Source: Selaginella moellendorffii (Eukaryota > Plantae > Lycopodiophyta). Taken from it: a stretch of 64,000 nucleotides of DNA. Made by a program: the position numbers and the translations under genes. The notes below the pieces were generated by a model that had not been told where the DNA came from, searched no databases, and saw only the letters and a program-made list of their open reading frames with translations. Below, piece after piece: positions 1 to 13,541 of this stretch (its first letter is position 1; every line of letters begins with the position of its first letter). The DNA lies in NCBI RefSeq assembly GCF_000143415.4, contig NW_003314310.1, positions 862,611 through 926,610 of the forward strand, given 5' to 3'.

Positions 1-2300
1 GACTCCATGTACTCTTGAACAGGAGGAAGTTCGTGCGTGGGTGGATTTCCAACGAGTCCCTTGATTAGCTGCAGGAATCCAAGACGTAAGATCTTTCCTA
101 ATAATAAAAATGAAATTCACCTTAGAAGCCCACTTTCGTTCTGCTTGTTGACAAACGTCACGAAGATCGCGACCTGACATCCTGGATGGAGAAAAGTTCA
201 AAACCAGTACTCATAAAAGAGTGCATTGTACCCTTCACTTGTGGCTGCAACAGAGGACAATTCCTTCCGGCTTAAGTGCCTCGCATACTGTGCTACAATT
301 TCCTCTCTTGTTTGTAAATCAGGCAAATCGAAAGTGATTGAAGCATCGAACCGGCTGCCAAAAAACGGTAAGACTCCGACTGATTCAAAACTTGGAAGCG
401 GACCTGAGCAGCGCCGGATCAAGATCTTGCTTCCGATTTGTTGCCGCGATGACAACAATCCGTTTATCTTGCTCGAATCCATCCATCTTCTCCCGAGTAA
501 GATAACCAGTCTAAATACCGGGAAAGCTAGACGAAAAAAATCTTGTACCTGTCTCAAGAGGACTGACAGCATTCTTCTGGTGGCTTCGTGCATATCACTA
601 TCTCGGCTCGTTGCCAACGAATCAATCTGTAAGGTCCATTGCTGAAATATGGATTAAACAAAAAAGCTCGATATACCTCATCCAGAAACACAATTGCGCC
701 ATCCGGGAAATCATTTCCCGCATTAAACACGGAAGAAAGCAAGCGTTCGCTCTCTCCATAATATTTGGATGTCACAACTTCCAGAGGCACATACAACAAA
801 GGAACACCCTGTTTTTGGCATTACAATCCAGTCAGCGAACAAGAAAACAAGGTTATTGAAGACATGACACATACCGCTTGACTGGCTATAACTCTCGCAC
901 ATGAAGTCTTTCCACAACCTGTGTAAACGGAAAGAATGAGAAGGTCCGCTTCAGTTTCTAAAACCTACCTGGAGGTCCTTCAAACAAGATTGCGCGTGGT
1001 CTATTAGACTCAAACTTTTCCTTAGTTCCTCTTGCAATACTGTCATAAACTTCTGGACGTTTTAGAGCTAGGAGGACGTTATCTTCTATCTCCCTGTATC
1101 ACACACGTAAGCTGGATAACAACAAAGTAAAAAAAAAGAGTACCTCTTTTGCTCGTGATATCCTGCAATACTTTGCCACGTGAGACCTTCCGCCTCAGTC
1201 TCGCCACTCTCCATGTCAAGGCCATAGACCTTAACTCCAAGCTTATCCAAAGCGTCTAAAGCTCGCTTAACTTTTCTTCCATTCACTTCTCCCTTAAAAA
1301 TTCTCACTTTTGGCGCTGGCTCTACATTGATACCGGCAGCTGTGCGTACAGTACTTATCACCGTGTCAAGCTCCGCCGAACTCAGTTTCCCCTTTCTTAA
1401 AAACTCTATTTCCTGCAACTGCACGCACTCATCAAGTTCTCATCTAAAAGCAAACAAACGTACCGACGATTTCTCCCCTATGAGAGGTTCGAAGATGACA
1501 ACGCAAAGCCTGTCCGTAGAAACTTTGTCGCTGTTTCGATCAGGATGGGAAACTACCAACTGTCGAGCAACTGCACTGATTCAGAACAAACGAAGAGATC
1601 AAATCGCCGCAACTCTGTCTCTACACTACCTGCTGGAAGCTCTCACGGCCAGATCCACATCACCACCAAGATGAGAAACCAGATCAACGACAAGCCGGTA
1701 AGTGTCGCAAGTTGGAGGCACGGGAAACCTGACCGCAACCTGTTAGTTACAATGAAGTAACAATTAAAAGACCATAGAAAGGGAAAGATGCATTCGTGGT
1801 ACCTGCTGCCCTCTAGAAACGACGGTAATAGGAGGAAGAGCGTGCATTTTCAAGGGTCGCAATCGTTCCCGCAATCCTTCGCGAACTTCCTCCAGTGTCT
1901 TCTCCATATCGTCCGAAGAAGTCGAGTTTCCTCCCGATACTTTGCTCGAGAAGAATCCTCCGGACTAGACAAAAGAGAAAAATCCAATCAAAACATCTTC
2001 ATGCAAGCTCACAATCACACTCACAACTTTGCTGTCGCTAAATGCCGGTTGCGAGTACAGGGCAGCAGCTCCAAACAGGATTCCCACCGAGAGAGTCCCC
2101 CAGCTGCCGCCGGGAGAGGAATCGGCGGCTTCGCTCCCTCCAGCGAAGCCTCGGGCGCCATGGCCGATTTGCGAGCATCCTGCAATAGCGCGCGCGATCG
2201 TGAGTTCTAGAGAATCGCCAGCAGCTAGAATCTTACCGACGAGCGTCGCGCGAAGCGCCGATGCCGCGCGGCCGCTACGAATCCCGCGGACAAGCATCAT
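1..2300 (-). CDS. AAA+ ATPase, single AAA domain, probable mitochondrial presequence; multi-exon, 3' end beyond left edge
   Basis: Spliced exons give Walker A FEGPPG|CGKT (split by an intron near 918-970), Walker B IVFLDE, SRFDASITFDLPD and MSGRDLRDVCQQAER. N-terminus MMLVRGIRSGRAAS is Arg/Ser-rich. Confidence 0.85.
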
Positions 2301-2398
2301 CGCGCATTAAGCCCTAATTCCCATACTGCAAGAAACGTCACATTAAAAGGTCATTGAAAGATTCTTTTTGAGCTGGACCTGGAGAATATTCCCAATGC

Positions 2399-4360
2399 AT
2401 GCCCTCTTCGTCGATATGGCGCGCGCTGCAAAGAATGGAAGCCAAGCGATCGATCGACGCCGAGGGCTACTGCTCTCTCTTGCGCGCTTGCGGGAGCTCG
2501 CGATCGCTGGACGATGGCTGGGCGATCCACGCCCGGATCATCGCCCACTCCCCGGGCCTCCTGGAATCCTCCAATCCCTTGCTCGCCGCGCATCTCTTCC
2601 ACATGTATCTCCGCTGCCACAGCCTCCGCGACGCGATCGAGGTGTTTGATCGAATCCCGGGCAGGAGGAGCGTCGTGCTGTGGACCGCAGCGATCGGCGC
2701 CTACGCTGATGCCGGGCAATCCTCCGCGGCGCTGCGATTCTACCGCAGGATGCTGCTCGATGGCGAGCGCGCCGATCCAATCACCTTCATCACTGTTCTT
2801 GGCGCCTGCTCGAGCGCGCGGCTGGGAGAGGCGATCTACTTCCAGATCCTGGCGAGTGGATTCGGCCGATCCCACGCGACAAAGCTGGGAAATGCGATGA
2901 TCAGCATGTATGGGACGTGTGGCAGCGCCGGATCCGCTGCTGGGATCTTTGTTGGGATGCGCGAGAGAGATCTTATCACCTGGACAAGCATGATCCACGC
3001 ATTTGCCAAGACCGGGCAAAACCGCGATGCGATTCTTTGCTTTCGATCGATGCAACAAGGGGGCTTTCGCGCGAATGCTGTTACGATCGTCAGCGTCCTG
3101 GGCGCTTGCTCGGATGTGGAGGACGGGAGGATCATCCATAGGATCGCTTCCGACGCTGGATTCCTGCGAGAGAATCCTCTCGCGGCAAATGCCGTGATCA
3201 ACATGTATGGGAAGTCTGGCAATCTCGCGGAGGCGCGCGGGGTCTTCCGGGAGATCTACGCGAGCCAGTGCGTGATCTCGTGGAACACGATGATGAGCGC
3301 TTGCATCCAGCAGGAGAGAGACGAGGAGGCGCTGGCGCTGTTCCAGGAGATGATCTCCACCGGATCGATCGCGCCGGACAATGTGAGCTGCGTGCTCGCG
3401 CTCACCGCGTGCGCGAATCTGGAAGCGCTCGAGGCCGGCGAGGCGATCCACGCGATCGCGCTGGAAATTGGGCTGCTGGTGATCGAGAACCCAGTGCTGA
3501 TCAACTGCGTGCTCCATCTCTACGGCCGATGCGGGCGACTGGATCGAGCAGCGGCGATCTTCCGCGAGCACCGCGGCGACGAATCCCTGGTGTCGTCCAA
3601 CACGATCATCGGCGCCTTCGCGCAGCACGGGCGATGGAAGGAGGCGCTGGCGATCTTCCGCGGCATGCAAATCGCCGGGATCCGCCCCAGCAAGCTCACA
3701 TTCGCGGCGGTCCTCGACGGCTGCGCGAATCTCTCGGCACTCGCCGAGGGGCGATCAATCCACGCGCTCGCCGCCGCGCTAGGGCTCGAGCAAGAAGCCG
3801 TGGTGGCCACATCCCTGGTGGACATGTACGGGCGGTGCGGTTGCCTGACCATCGCCCAAGGAATATTCGATGCGATGCCCGCCAAGAACAAGAACGAGCT
3901 CGCCTGGAGCACGCTGTTTGGGGCGTATGCGCATCGCGGCCGCCTCGGGCAAGCGATGAAGATCCTGGGGAGGATGCAGCAAGAGGGCGTCAAGATCCAC
4001 CCGGCGCTCTTCGTCTCGGTGCTCAATTCGTGCAGCCACGCCGGGATGCTCGAGGAATGCCTGCGCCAATTCGCGTCCATGCGGCTCGACCACGGCATCC
4101 AGCCCAAGATGGAGCACTTTGGCTGCGTGATCGACCTGCTGGGGCGATTGGGGGCGCTCGCCGAGGCGGAGCGATTCATGGGCAGGATCCCCGGCGGGCG
4201 TCCCAATCTTCTCATCTGGATGAGCTTCCTGGGGTCGTGCCGGACGCACAGTGATCTTGAGAGGGCGAAGCGAGCCGCGAGGGAAGCTATCGCGCTGGAG
4301 CCCAGGAGATCGAGCTCCTACGCCGTGCTCGCGAGCGTTATCGCAGCTCAAAAGCCCTAA
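2399..4360 (+). CDS. PLS-class PPR protein with truncated E extension, no DYW domain (653 aa, intronless)
   Basis: Repeated motifs (NAMISMYGTCGS, ITWTSMIHAFAKTG, TSLVDMYGRCG) and terminal CSHAG...EHFGCVIDLLGR...WMSFLGSCRTH...SSYAVLAS. Confidence 0.95.
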   Translation: MPSSSIWRALQRMEAKRSIDAEGYCSLLRACGSSRSLDDGWAIHARIIAHSPGLLESSNPLLAAHLFHMYLRCHSLRDAIEVFDRIPGRRSVVLWTAAIGAYADAGQSSAALRFYRRMLLDGERADPITFITVLGACSSARLGEAIYFQILASGFGRSHATKLGNAMISMYGTCGSAGSAAGIFVGMRERDLITWTSMIHAFAKTGQNRDAILCFRSMQQGGFRANAVTIVSVLGACSDVEDGRIIHRIASDAGFLRENPLAANAVINMYGKSGNLAEARGVFREIYASQCVISWNTMMSACIQQERDEEALALFQEMISTGSIAPDNVSCVLALTACANLEALEAGEAIHAIALEIGLLVIENPVLINCVLHLYGRCGRLDRAAAIFREHRGDESLVSSNTIIGAFAQHGRWKEALAIFRGMQIAGIRPSKLTFAAVLDGCANLSALAEGRSIHALAAALGLEQEAVVATSLVDMYGRCGCLTIAQGIFDAMPAKNKNELAWSTLFGAYAHRGRLGQAMKILGRMQQEGVKIHPALFVSVLNSCSHAGMLEECLRQFASMRLDHGIQPKMEHFGCVIDLLGRLGALAEAERFMGRIPGGRPNLLIWMSFLGSCRTHSDLERAKRAAREAIALEPRRSSSYAVLASVIAAQKP

Positions 4361-4531
4361 AACTAGAAGCGCGGGAGATAGGAATATCCTTAGATTCAAA
4401 AAAGATGCGATCGATACTTGATCGTCCTGGCTACATTTGTCCAAAAACTGGAGTTCTTTGTTGAGGAGGCCATGGAAGCGATCCACTAACACAGCTCCTA
4501 CAAAATTTGGATCGCAGAGGACAACTTACTC

Positions 4532-5586
4532 TCAAGATTTTGCGCGACTCATGTACTCCCCAGTGCGCGTATCGATGATAATCTCCTCCCCTTCATCCAC
4601 GAACAGCGGGACGTTAACCACAGCTCCAGTGTCCAGTGTTGCCGGTTTCGTTCCACCTGAAGATGAACAAAAACTTTCACGAAACCGAGACAAGATCCCT
4701 TGAATTCATCTATATACCTGACTCTCTGTTTCCTTTAACTCCTGGATCCGTTTGGACGACTTTGTATTTCATAGCGATTGGCAAGTCTACCTCGAGAATC
4801 TGCCTCGTGAGATCGAGTTAAAACATATTGAAACAAGGGAGAACACAAACAGAACAGACATACCCGATTTTTCCACGACACAACTGTGCAGTCCATTCCT
4901 TCACGCAGCCAGTTTGCTTTGTCTCCAATTTCTTTGGCATTCAAGCGAGATTCCTCAAAAGAAACCTACAAGAAAAAAAATTCGCGAAAGGCGCAAGATG
5001 AATTCTCGATTAGCTCTTACCATGTCCATGAAAACGTACTGATCGCCATCTCTGTAAGTGAACTGCTTTACGTTCTTCTGGACTGTGGCGTCTTCTAGCT
5101 AGAGAGAAAATGAGAAGCTCGTCAATGTTTGTTCCTTGAGAATGTAGGAAAAAACTTACAACTTCTCCTGCCCGAAACGTCCGCTCCACAGTGTTGCCAG
5201 TGATGCAATTCTTTAGCTTGGTTCGCACAAAGGCAGAGCCTTTGCCAGGCTTGACATGCAAAAACTCTACAAACAATGCGGTCATTCTCCCTGGAAAATA
5301 TCTATCAAACAAGAAAAACTCACCGATGACGCGCCAGGGCGCATTGTCAATCTCAATCTCCGTTCCAGTCTTAAAATCATTGCTGGAAACCGCGACAATG
5401 CCTGGAAAAACAGCGAGATTTCTCCTTTTCCTCTTCTCAGATTTCTACGCAATATGCGCGAATCGATTACTCACTGAGACGGAATCGCTGCTGCGTCCTC
5501 TGGCGATGCGGCTGACAATGCGGCCGAAACGAAGGAATGAAGCTCCGGGGAACCAAAACCCTAGCGGAGCACACGACGCTATCCAT
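4532..5586 (-). CDS. efp: Organellar (probably plastid) translation elongation factor P, multi-exon
   Basis: Exons encode [47 protein letters not shown] and [44 protein letters not shown] at 5586 begins a transit-peptide-like exon. Confidence 0.92.
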
Positions 5587-5662
5587 TGCTTCTCCTCGTT
5601 CCAGAACCCAACGGCTGGGATCGCTCCTCCTCCCGGGAGCATCAACGGCCCTCGTTCATCGT

Positions 5663-7711
5663 TCAAACCAGAGAGCTCGCGAGCATCACATACGAAGAAG
5701 AGATGGTGGGCGCCAATTCGATGGCACGATCTGCCGCGCAATTGGCCCCAATCACATCGTGATGCAATCGACACGCGCTGAGGAACATCCCCCACGCCAC
5801 ATTGTCGGCGCTGTAGGGCATCACATCGATGAGCGCTTGGGCGTCGCCCAGCGATCCACTCCTGCCGAGCACATCGATCAGGCATCCAAAGTGCTCGCGC
5901 GTGGGCTGGATCGAGTAGTCGCACACCATGAGCTCGAAGCACCAGCGCGCCTCGTCCAGCAGCCCCGCGTGAGCGCACGCGAGCAAGACGATCGTGAATG
6001 TGGTGTCGTCGGGGAGGAATCCACACTGCTGCATCGAGTGGAGGATCGCGATGGAGTCCCTGCACCTTCCCGCGTGGGAATTCGCGGCGATCAGGACCGT
6101 CCACGACACCACGTTCTTCTGGGGCATAATCGCGAAGAAATCCAACGCTTCCTCTTGATACCCCTTGAGGGCATTTGCGGTGATAATGGTGTTCCAGGCT
6201 ACTATGTCCCAACATGGCATCTTGCTAAACACGATTAACGCCCTGCTTAAATACGCTGCTTGTGCAAATGCCCCTATAATAGCATCCCATACCCTAACGT
6301 CTCTCTTAGTCGCTTTGTCAAACAAGGTCTTTGCGTTAGTTAAATGCCCACACTTGGTATTTGTAGTTATAGCGACAGTCCAAGCCATTGGATCTTCGTT
6401 TGGTACGGAATTAAATAATAGGTTGACCTCTTCTACATGACCGTACCTTCCAAGCACACTGATCATAGCACAAGTCGCTACCACCGTTACTTCGGGAGAT
6501 CTTTCAAAGCACTGCCTTGTTTTCGCGAGATCCCCACAAATGGCATGCGAGACGATCAAAGATGTCCAGGAGAGAGCGTCCCTCTGAGGCAGATCCTCGA
6601 AAATCCTCGCGACATCCTGCGATCGCCCGCTCTGCGCGTGCCCCTGGATCGTCGCCCTCCAGGCCACGATGCTCCTCTCGGGCATCCTGGCGAAGAAATC
6701 CCCGGCAGCCGCTAATCGCCCGTGATGCGCGAGCGTCGACACCATGAGCGACCACACCACGAGATCCCGCTGCCGCATTCGATCGAACAAAGCCATCGCC
6801 GGATCCAGCTCCCCATTGCGCGCATACGCGTGGATCATGCTAGTCGAGAGCTCCAGATCCTCGCCCGGAATGGTGCTGTAGATCGCCAGGGCTCTGTCCA
6901 GCTCCCCAGCCTCTCCATAGTCCGAGATCAAGCCCAGAATCGACGCGCCCGGCCACGCCGGGATCCGCTCCATCGCGAGCTCCGGATCGACGCGAGCCAG
7001 CGCCGTCCAGCTGATGAGATTGCGCTCGGGCATCCGATCGAAGCAGCGCTTGGCATCGCCCACGCAGCCATTGAGGGCAAATGCGTGCGTGATAGAATTC
7101 CAAGATACCTGGTTCCTCCCTGGCATCTTCGTAAAGAGCATCAAGGAATCGTGGACGAGCCCACACGAGGAATATGCGGATATCATCGTCGTCCACGACA
7201 CCACGTCCCTCTCGCCCATGTCGTCGAAGAGAATCTTTGCGCGCTCCAGATACCCATTCTTGGCATATGCTTGAAGCATGGAGTTCCAGGACACGATATC
7301 CCACTCGGGCATTATGCTGAGGATATTCTCCGCTATATCGTGTTGCGAGGTATCGGAGTAAGCGAGCATTAGGGTGTTCCAAATCACTAGGTTTCTCTCT
7401 GGCATTCTATGGAAGATCTCTAGAGCGTACTCTAAATGCCGGTTCTGGGCAACTGCTGTGAACATCAAACTCCAAGAAAACAAGTTTGGGTCTTTGATGC
7501 TGGCGAAAGCATCTCTTGCATTTTCAACACTACCACACCTGCCGTACATTTTGATCAGATAATTTGCGAGAAACCGGTCGTTTCTGTGTGGGGATTGCAA
7601 GATTTGTAGATGCGCTAGCTTTGCAGCCCGCAAATCTCTGTTAATGGAGCAAGAATTTACTAGCGAAACAAAGGACTTTAGCGTTCCATCAACGTTGGCA
7701 GCTAATCTCAT
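5663..7711 (-). CDS. PLS-class PPR protein with long run of short (S-type) motifs and truncated E domain (682 aa)
   Basis: About 31-aa repeats of the type F..MPER..VSW..M..AYA..G; ends ACAHAG...EHFGCLIDVLGRSG...SSSYVMLASSLV*. Confidence 0.95.
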   Translation of the reverse strand: MRLAANVDGTLKSFVSLVNSCSINRDLRAAKLAHLQILQSPHRNDRFLANYLIKMYGRCGSVENARDAFASIKDPNLFSWSLMFTAVAQNRHLEYALEIFHRMPERNLVIWNTLMLAYSDTSQHDIAENILSIMPEWDIVSWNSMLQAYAKNGYLERAKILFDDMGERDVVSWTTMISAYSSCGLVHDSLMLFTKMPGRNQVSWNSITHAFALNGCVGDAKRCFDRMPERNLISWTALARVDPELAMERIPAWPGASILGLISDYGEAGELDRALAIYSTIPGEDLELSTSMIHAYARNGELDPAMALFDRMRQRDLVVWSLMVSTLAHHGRLAAAGDFFARMPERSIVAWRATIQGHAQSGRSQDVARIFEDLPQRDALSWTSLIVSHAICGDLAKTRQCFERSPEVTVVATCAMISVLGRYGHVEEVNLLFNSVPNEDPMAWTVAITTNTKCGHLTNAKTLFDKATKRDVRVWDAIIGAFAQAAYLSRALIVFSKMPCWDIVAWNTIITANALKGYQEEALDFFAIMPQKNVVSWTVLIAANSHAGRCRDSIAILHSMQQCGFLPDDTTFTIVLLACAHAGLLDEARWCFELMVCDYSIQPTREHFGCLIDVLGRSGSLGDAQALIDVMPYSADNVAWGMFLSACRLHHDVIGANCAADRAIELAPTISSSYVMLASSLV

Positions 7712-7997
7712 GCTATTGTCAAAAATGTGGAGACCATGGTGGACAATTTTGGCTCTCGATGTTTGACTAGATGGTTTTCCATTGGCTGGAACGACTCACT
7801 GCGCCACGCCACCTACCACAGGAGGTCGCGGTCTCGAATCTCGTCGCTTAAAAGCTCGTTTAGGTTAATATCTCTTCTTCTTCTCGGCTTAAACCTTCTT
7901 CTCTTTCTTCTTGTGGCTGCATTGGCGCTTTGCTCGCCCGCCAAGAGCGCCGCGCCTCTTCTCCTCGTCCCTTCGCTTCTCTCTCTCGATTTTCTAG

Positions 7998-9863
<1,866 letters not shown>

Positions 9864-10600
9864 AGATCTTAGGTGCGCCTTGTTTTCTCGAGCAAACCAA
9901 ATCTTTTTGCTCCCTACAAAGTTTTGTCAATCGAGCAAGCAAGAAAATCTCGCCGCGCAGAGATCTCGGGCGAGAATAAAATCAAGGAGACTTAACACAG
10001 AGCGCGCGTCCTTTTGGGTGTCGCGTTTTCAAAAAGTCAAATACCACTACCGCCCCCACTTTCCTCGCCCACTTTCGTTAGTGCTAGTGTGAGTCAAAGT
10101 CATCCTTCCACGATCCATCCACACCAAAGAATTTTCCCCTTTCATGATTCACGGCGAGGTTCTAAGATCATTCATCGCTACCGATCGATCAAAGACGTGG
10201 TGTTTAGAAATTTCTTTTTTTTTCTCATTCTTTTCTGGCACCTCTGTACAGTTTAGACACATTTGGTTAGAAGTTAAGCACCCCCCGTGGCGAACAAGAG
10301 CATAAGTTATAGGGGGGAAGGCGATCAGGCGATCAGGCGAGGCGAGCGAGAAGCAAGGGGACAGAAGAGCCAGCGGCAGCAGCGTTTCTCCCATACGAGA
10401 ATTACTAGGAATGGGACAGTGACGACCAGAACAAGGAAAGGAGGACGGAGGAGAAAAAAAAACGAGGAAAAAAGAGGACGGGGGAGGGTTGTAGATATCT
10501 TACAAGTTTTTATGCCTGGCAAAAGTTTGGTCGCGCAAATCTTCGTCTCTCGTCGAAGGTAGCAGCCTAGCAGCAGGGAGCAGCGGCAGCACAGCGCAGC

Positions 10601-10867
10601 TCACATTCGCGGCCGTTTTGCAGCTTGCACAAATCCTGTGATCACCTGCAGCTCGTCCAGTTGCTGCCACGCCACCACCACACAAGGGGGATAAGTTTGC
10701 TTGTTTAAACGCAAAGCTATCGTCTTTACGAGGGGAATGAAATGAAATGGGGTCACGGGACGAGGAGCGACTTACTTGTCCCACGAAGTGCCTTGACACT
10801 GCTTGCAGTAGCTGTTCTTTCGAGGAATTCGGGCCTACATCAAACTGAGAAGACGGTGTTTTAGACA

Positions 10868-10910
<43 letters not shown>

Positions 10911-11914
10911 CTCTCGATAAACATGCATCTCTCTTTCTTTCGTTTCTCTCCCATGAAGTCAAAAGTAGATAGATGGGCTTACGAGCTTGAAGTGTCGCCG
11001 ATATCTCCTTAGCGCTGCCGTATCGAGTTTACCAAGGTCCACAACCTAAGAAAGGAGGAAGAAACGTTTTGGTTTCAGAAAGTAAAACCTGCTAGAGGAA
11101 ACTGAGCTGCTATATGTAAAGAATTCCATGCTTGCTTACCGGCACACATTGCGACTGGGACGTCTTGAGGCCGAATTCGCACCGTCTCTCCGAGCTGCGC
11201 TTGGATTCATCGGCCATGCGCGTGATCTCGTGCGCCGCGGGCTTTTGGGGCCGGACTCTGGGCTTGAATGTTCTTGGGAAATCATCTGGGCAGCGCGGGA
11301 AGTCAGCCATCAAGAGAGAAAAGCGCGAGTTTGATTTCAAGGAAGCCATACCGGGTGTTGTTTCATTCGAGAATGGGTTGTCGATATCGTCGTCTTCTTC
11401 CTGTCCAGTGGGCGCTTCGATCACGCTCAGCGCATTGCGCTGGAGTTTTACTTCGGCCCCGTTCGTGAGGACCTGCCAAGAGCAATTCGATTAGATTCCG
11501 CCATGGGGCATCGAGATCAATAAAACAAAACAATAGCAACAAGAAGAAGAAAAAATGCTTGCTGGAGCTCGGAATCCATCGCGCGCGATCGCGAGCTCTG
11601 TTTCCAAGAAGAAGAAGCAAGATGGAATTTGAAAAGCCGCCGTGATCAATCAAACCGGAGAGGAATGCAAAGCAAGGAAAGCATTGATTTTTTTTGCTTA
11701 CCAGCCAATGCCAGCCGCCAAGTCCCACGGCCTTCTTCACGATGCCGTGTAGCCCGACGAGCACGGATTTCGTGCGGTTGTTTCCAGTCACAATGACCTT
11801 GGTGTGCCGGGGAAGAACCGAGAGCTCCTCCTCCTCCCCGCTCTCGTCCCCGCTGTGAGGAGCAAAGCAGCCGGGAGGAAACAAGCCCGGTGGGCCGCTG
11901 TCCGCCTCCAGCAT
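10601..11914 (-). CDS. SAP30-related histone deacetylase complex subunit (AFR1/AFR2-like), multi-exon
   Basis: EELSVLPRHTKVIVTGNNRTKSVLVGLHGIVKKAVGLGGWHWLVLTNGAEVKLQRNALSVIEAPTG, plus C-terminal Sin3-binding-like VDLGKLDTAALRRYRRHFKL...SKEQLLQAVSRHF...LDELQVITGFVQAAKR. An alternative in-frame ATG lies at 11953. Confidence 0.88.
10873..10916. repeat. (CT)n microsatellite in an intron of the AFR-like gene
   Basis: Direct dinucleotide run. Confidence 0.95.
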
Positions 11915-12322
11915 TAGCGCCTGCGAGCACACAGCCAAGGAGTGAATTCCCATCGATTAGCGCAGCTTCTTGCAAAGATTTCTCAATCCGCGCATTGCGG
12001 GATTGGCGGCTTGGCGGCGGGGATCGGAATTGGAGACCAAGATCGTGAGGGGAGGAGAGATCGAGCGCAATGCAGGGAAGATTACGGAGATTTGGGGCTT
12101 TCCCCGCAGATCTTGAGCTGGAGAGAGCGCAAATTCCGAGAAAGACGGGAATCCACAGCTTACCGACGAATTCCAATCCGCGGTCCAATGCGCCGATCAA
12201 TGGATCGCTGCGTTCGCCTGGATCGATCGATCGCTTTAACCTCCTCGTCACGGCGCCATAGCTCCAAACACGCAGAAAGCACAGCGCGCATATAGGTACC
12301 ACAAAGAAAGAAAGAAAACACA

Positions 12323-12346
12323 ACACACACACACACACACACACAC
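12323..12346. repeat. (CA)n microsatellite upstream of the AFR-like gene
   Basis: Direct dinucleotide run. Confidence 0.9.
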
Positions 12347-13541
12347 CGTAGGCGTGGGTTTCTACACCCACGCTAAAGCTTCCACCCAAGCCCTCGTGAA
12401 TATTCACCGAATATTAGAAGGTATAGCCCGGGCAAAACGCGGCCATGCAACCGGCCTATAGAGATACATACGCTCTCGGGCTTTTGCTTGCCAAACGAAA
12501 AGAACTTCTAGGCCAGGCGCCCGCGCATTGTGTTTCGCTTTAAGAAGCTTAAGGCCGGGCGGACCAGCCGGTCTATACGTTACTTTTCGGCAGACGCTAC
12601 CCCGCGGTGAGAAATGCACAGTTAAGGCTTGCTGGTTGCGTGCCATGCAGCCGGCTTACAAGGGAAATTCGGCGTGGACCAGTTCGAGTAAAATTCGTGG
12701 GAAGGTTAAAACTAGGCGGGTGGTTGAGATGGCATTGCGGCGGATTTAATCGGCCATTTGGGGTCCGGGAGCCCCGTTGGGGGGGTGGGAGGAATTTCTT
12801 CTTACCTCGTGGTTTCCCGCCATTTTCCAGTTTGCTACTTTTACCTGGATTAAAGTACTAAAGTCTCCTTCTAGTACTTGATCCGGTAAAATGTTTTGGG
12901 CGCCTATAGTAGCAAAGCGTTAAAAACTTTAAACCCTCGACGCACACGCTCGCTTCGTTAATGCAATGGGAGATTCTTAACAACAAAGAAAATTAGAGGG
13001 AGAGTGGAGGCCAGCTGTAAATTCTACGTGGCATGTTTTTACTGCTCGGTGTAATGGCCAACGTGGAGTGAAAGGAATATGCGCTTTGCGGCGGGAAAAG
13101 AAAGCCCACCGGCCGTTTTGAATATGCCGGCAAGTTCCCGGCGGCCATAATCTCGGCGTGACAGTGGGGGATCGAAAAAGGCCGTACGCGCATCAGAATA
13201 TATGAATCTTATAATATTTTTTCTTGAGTGTGGACCATGGCCAACGCCGTACCGCCGCATGGCCCAAATTCATATCATCCCAAATGGATGATCGAATTGA
13301 CAAGCTACCTACCTCGTGGACGAGACACTTCTCTCTTTCGCGCAGTGTCCACTTAGAAAGATTCGAGCATAATAGAGAGAAAAAATTTAGCTTACAAAGC
13401 TTTAGAGAACAAGAGCTTGCTTGGCTCGTAAATTCTCCTCTTGTGGATGATCCAAATCCTATAAGTACTGTTAGCTCGATCGCGTTCTAAAAAGAGAAAA
13501 CTTGTGTTAGAGCAAAGAAGAGTTTTTTCGAGAGCTTACCT

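Noticed and set aside
2351-4492. Long antisense and alternate-frame ORFs over PPR genes (e.g. 2351-3670, 3268-4254)
   Set aside because: Expected by-product of GC-rich codon usage; no recognisable domains.
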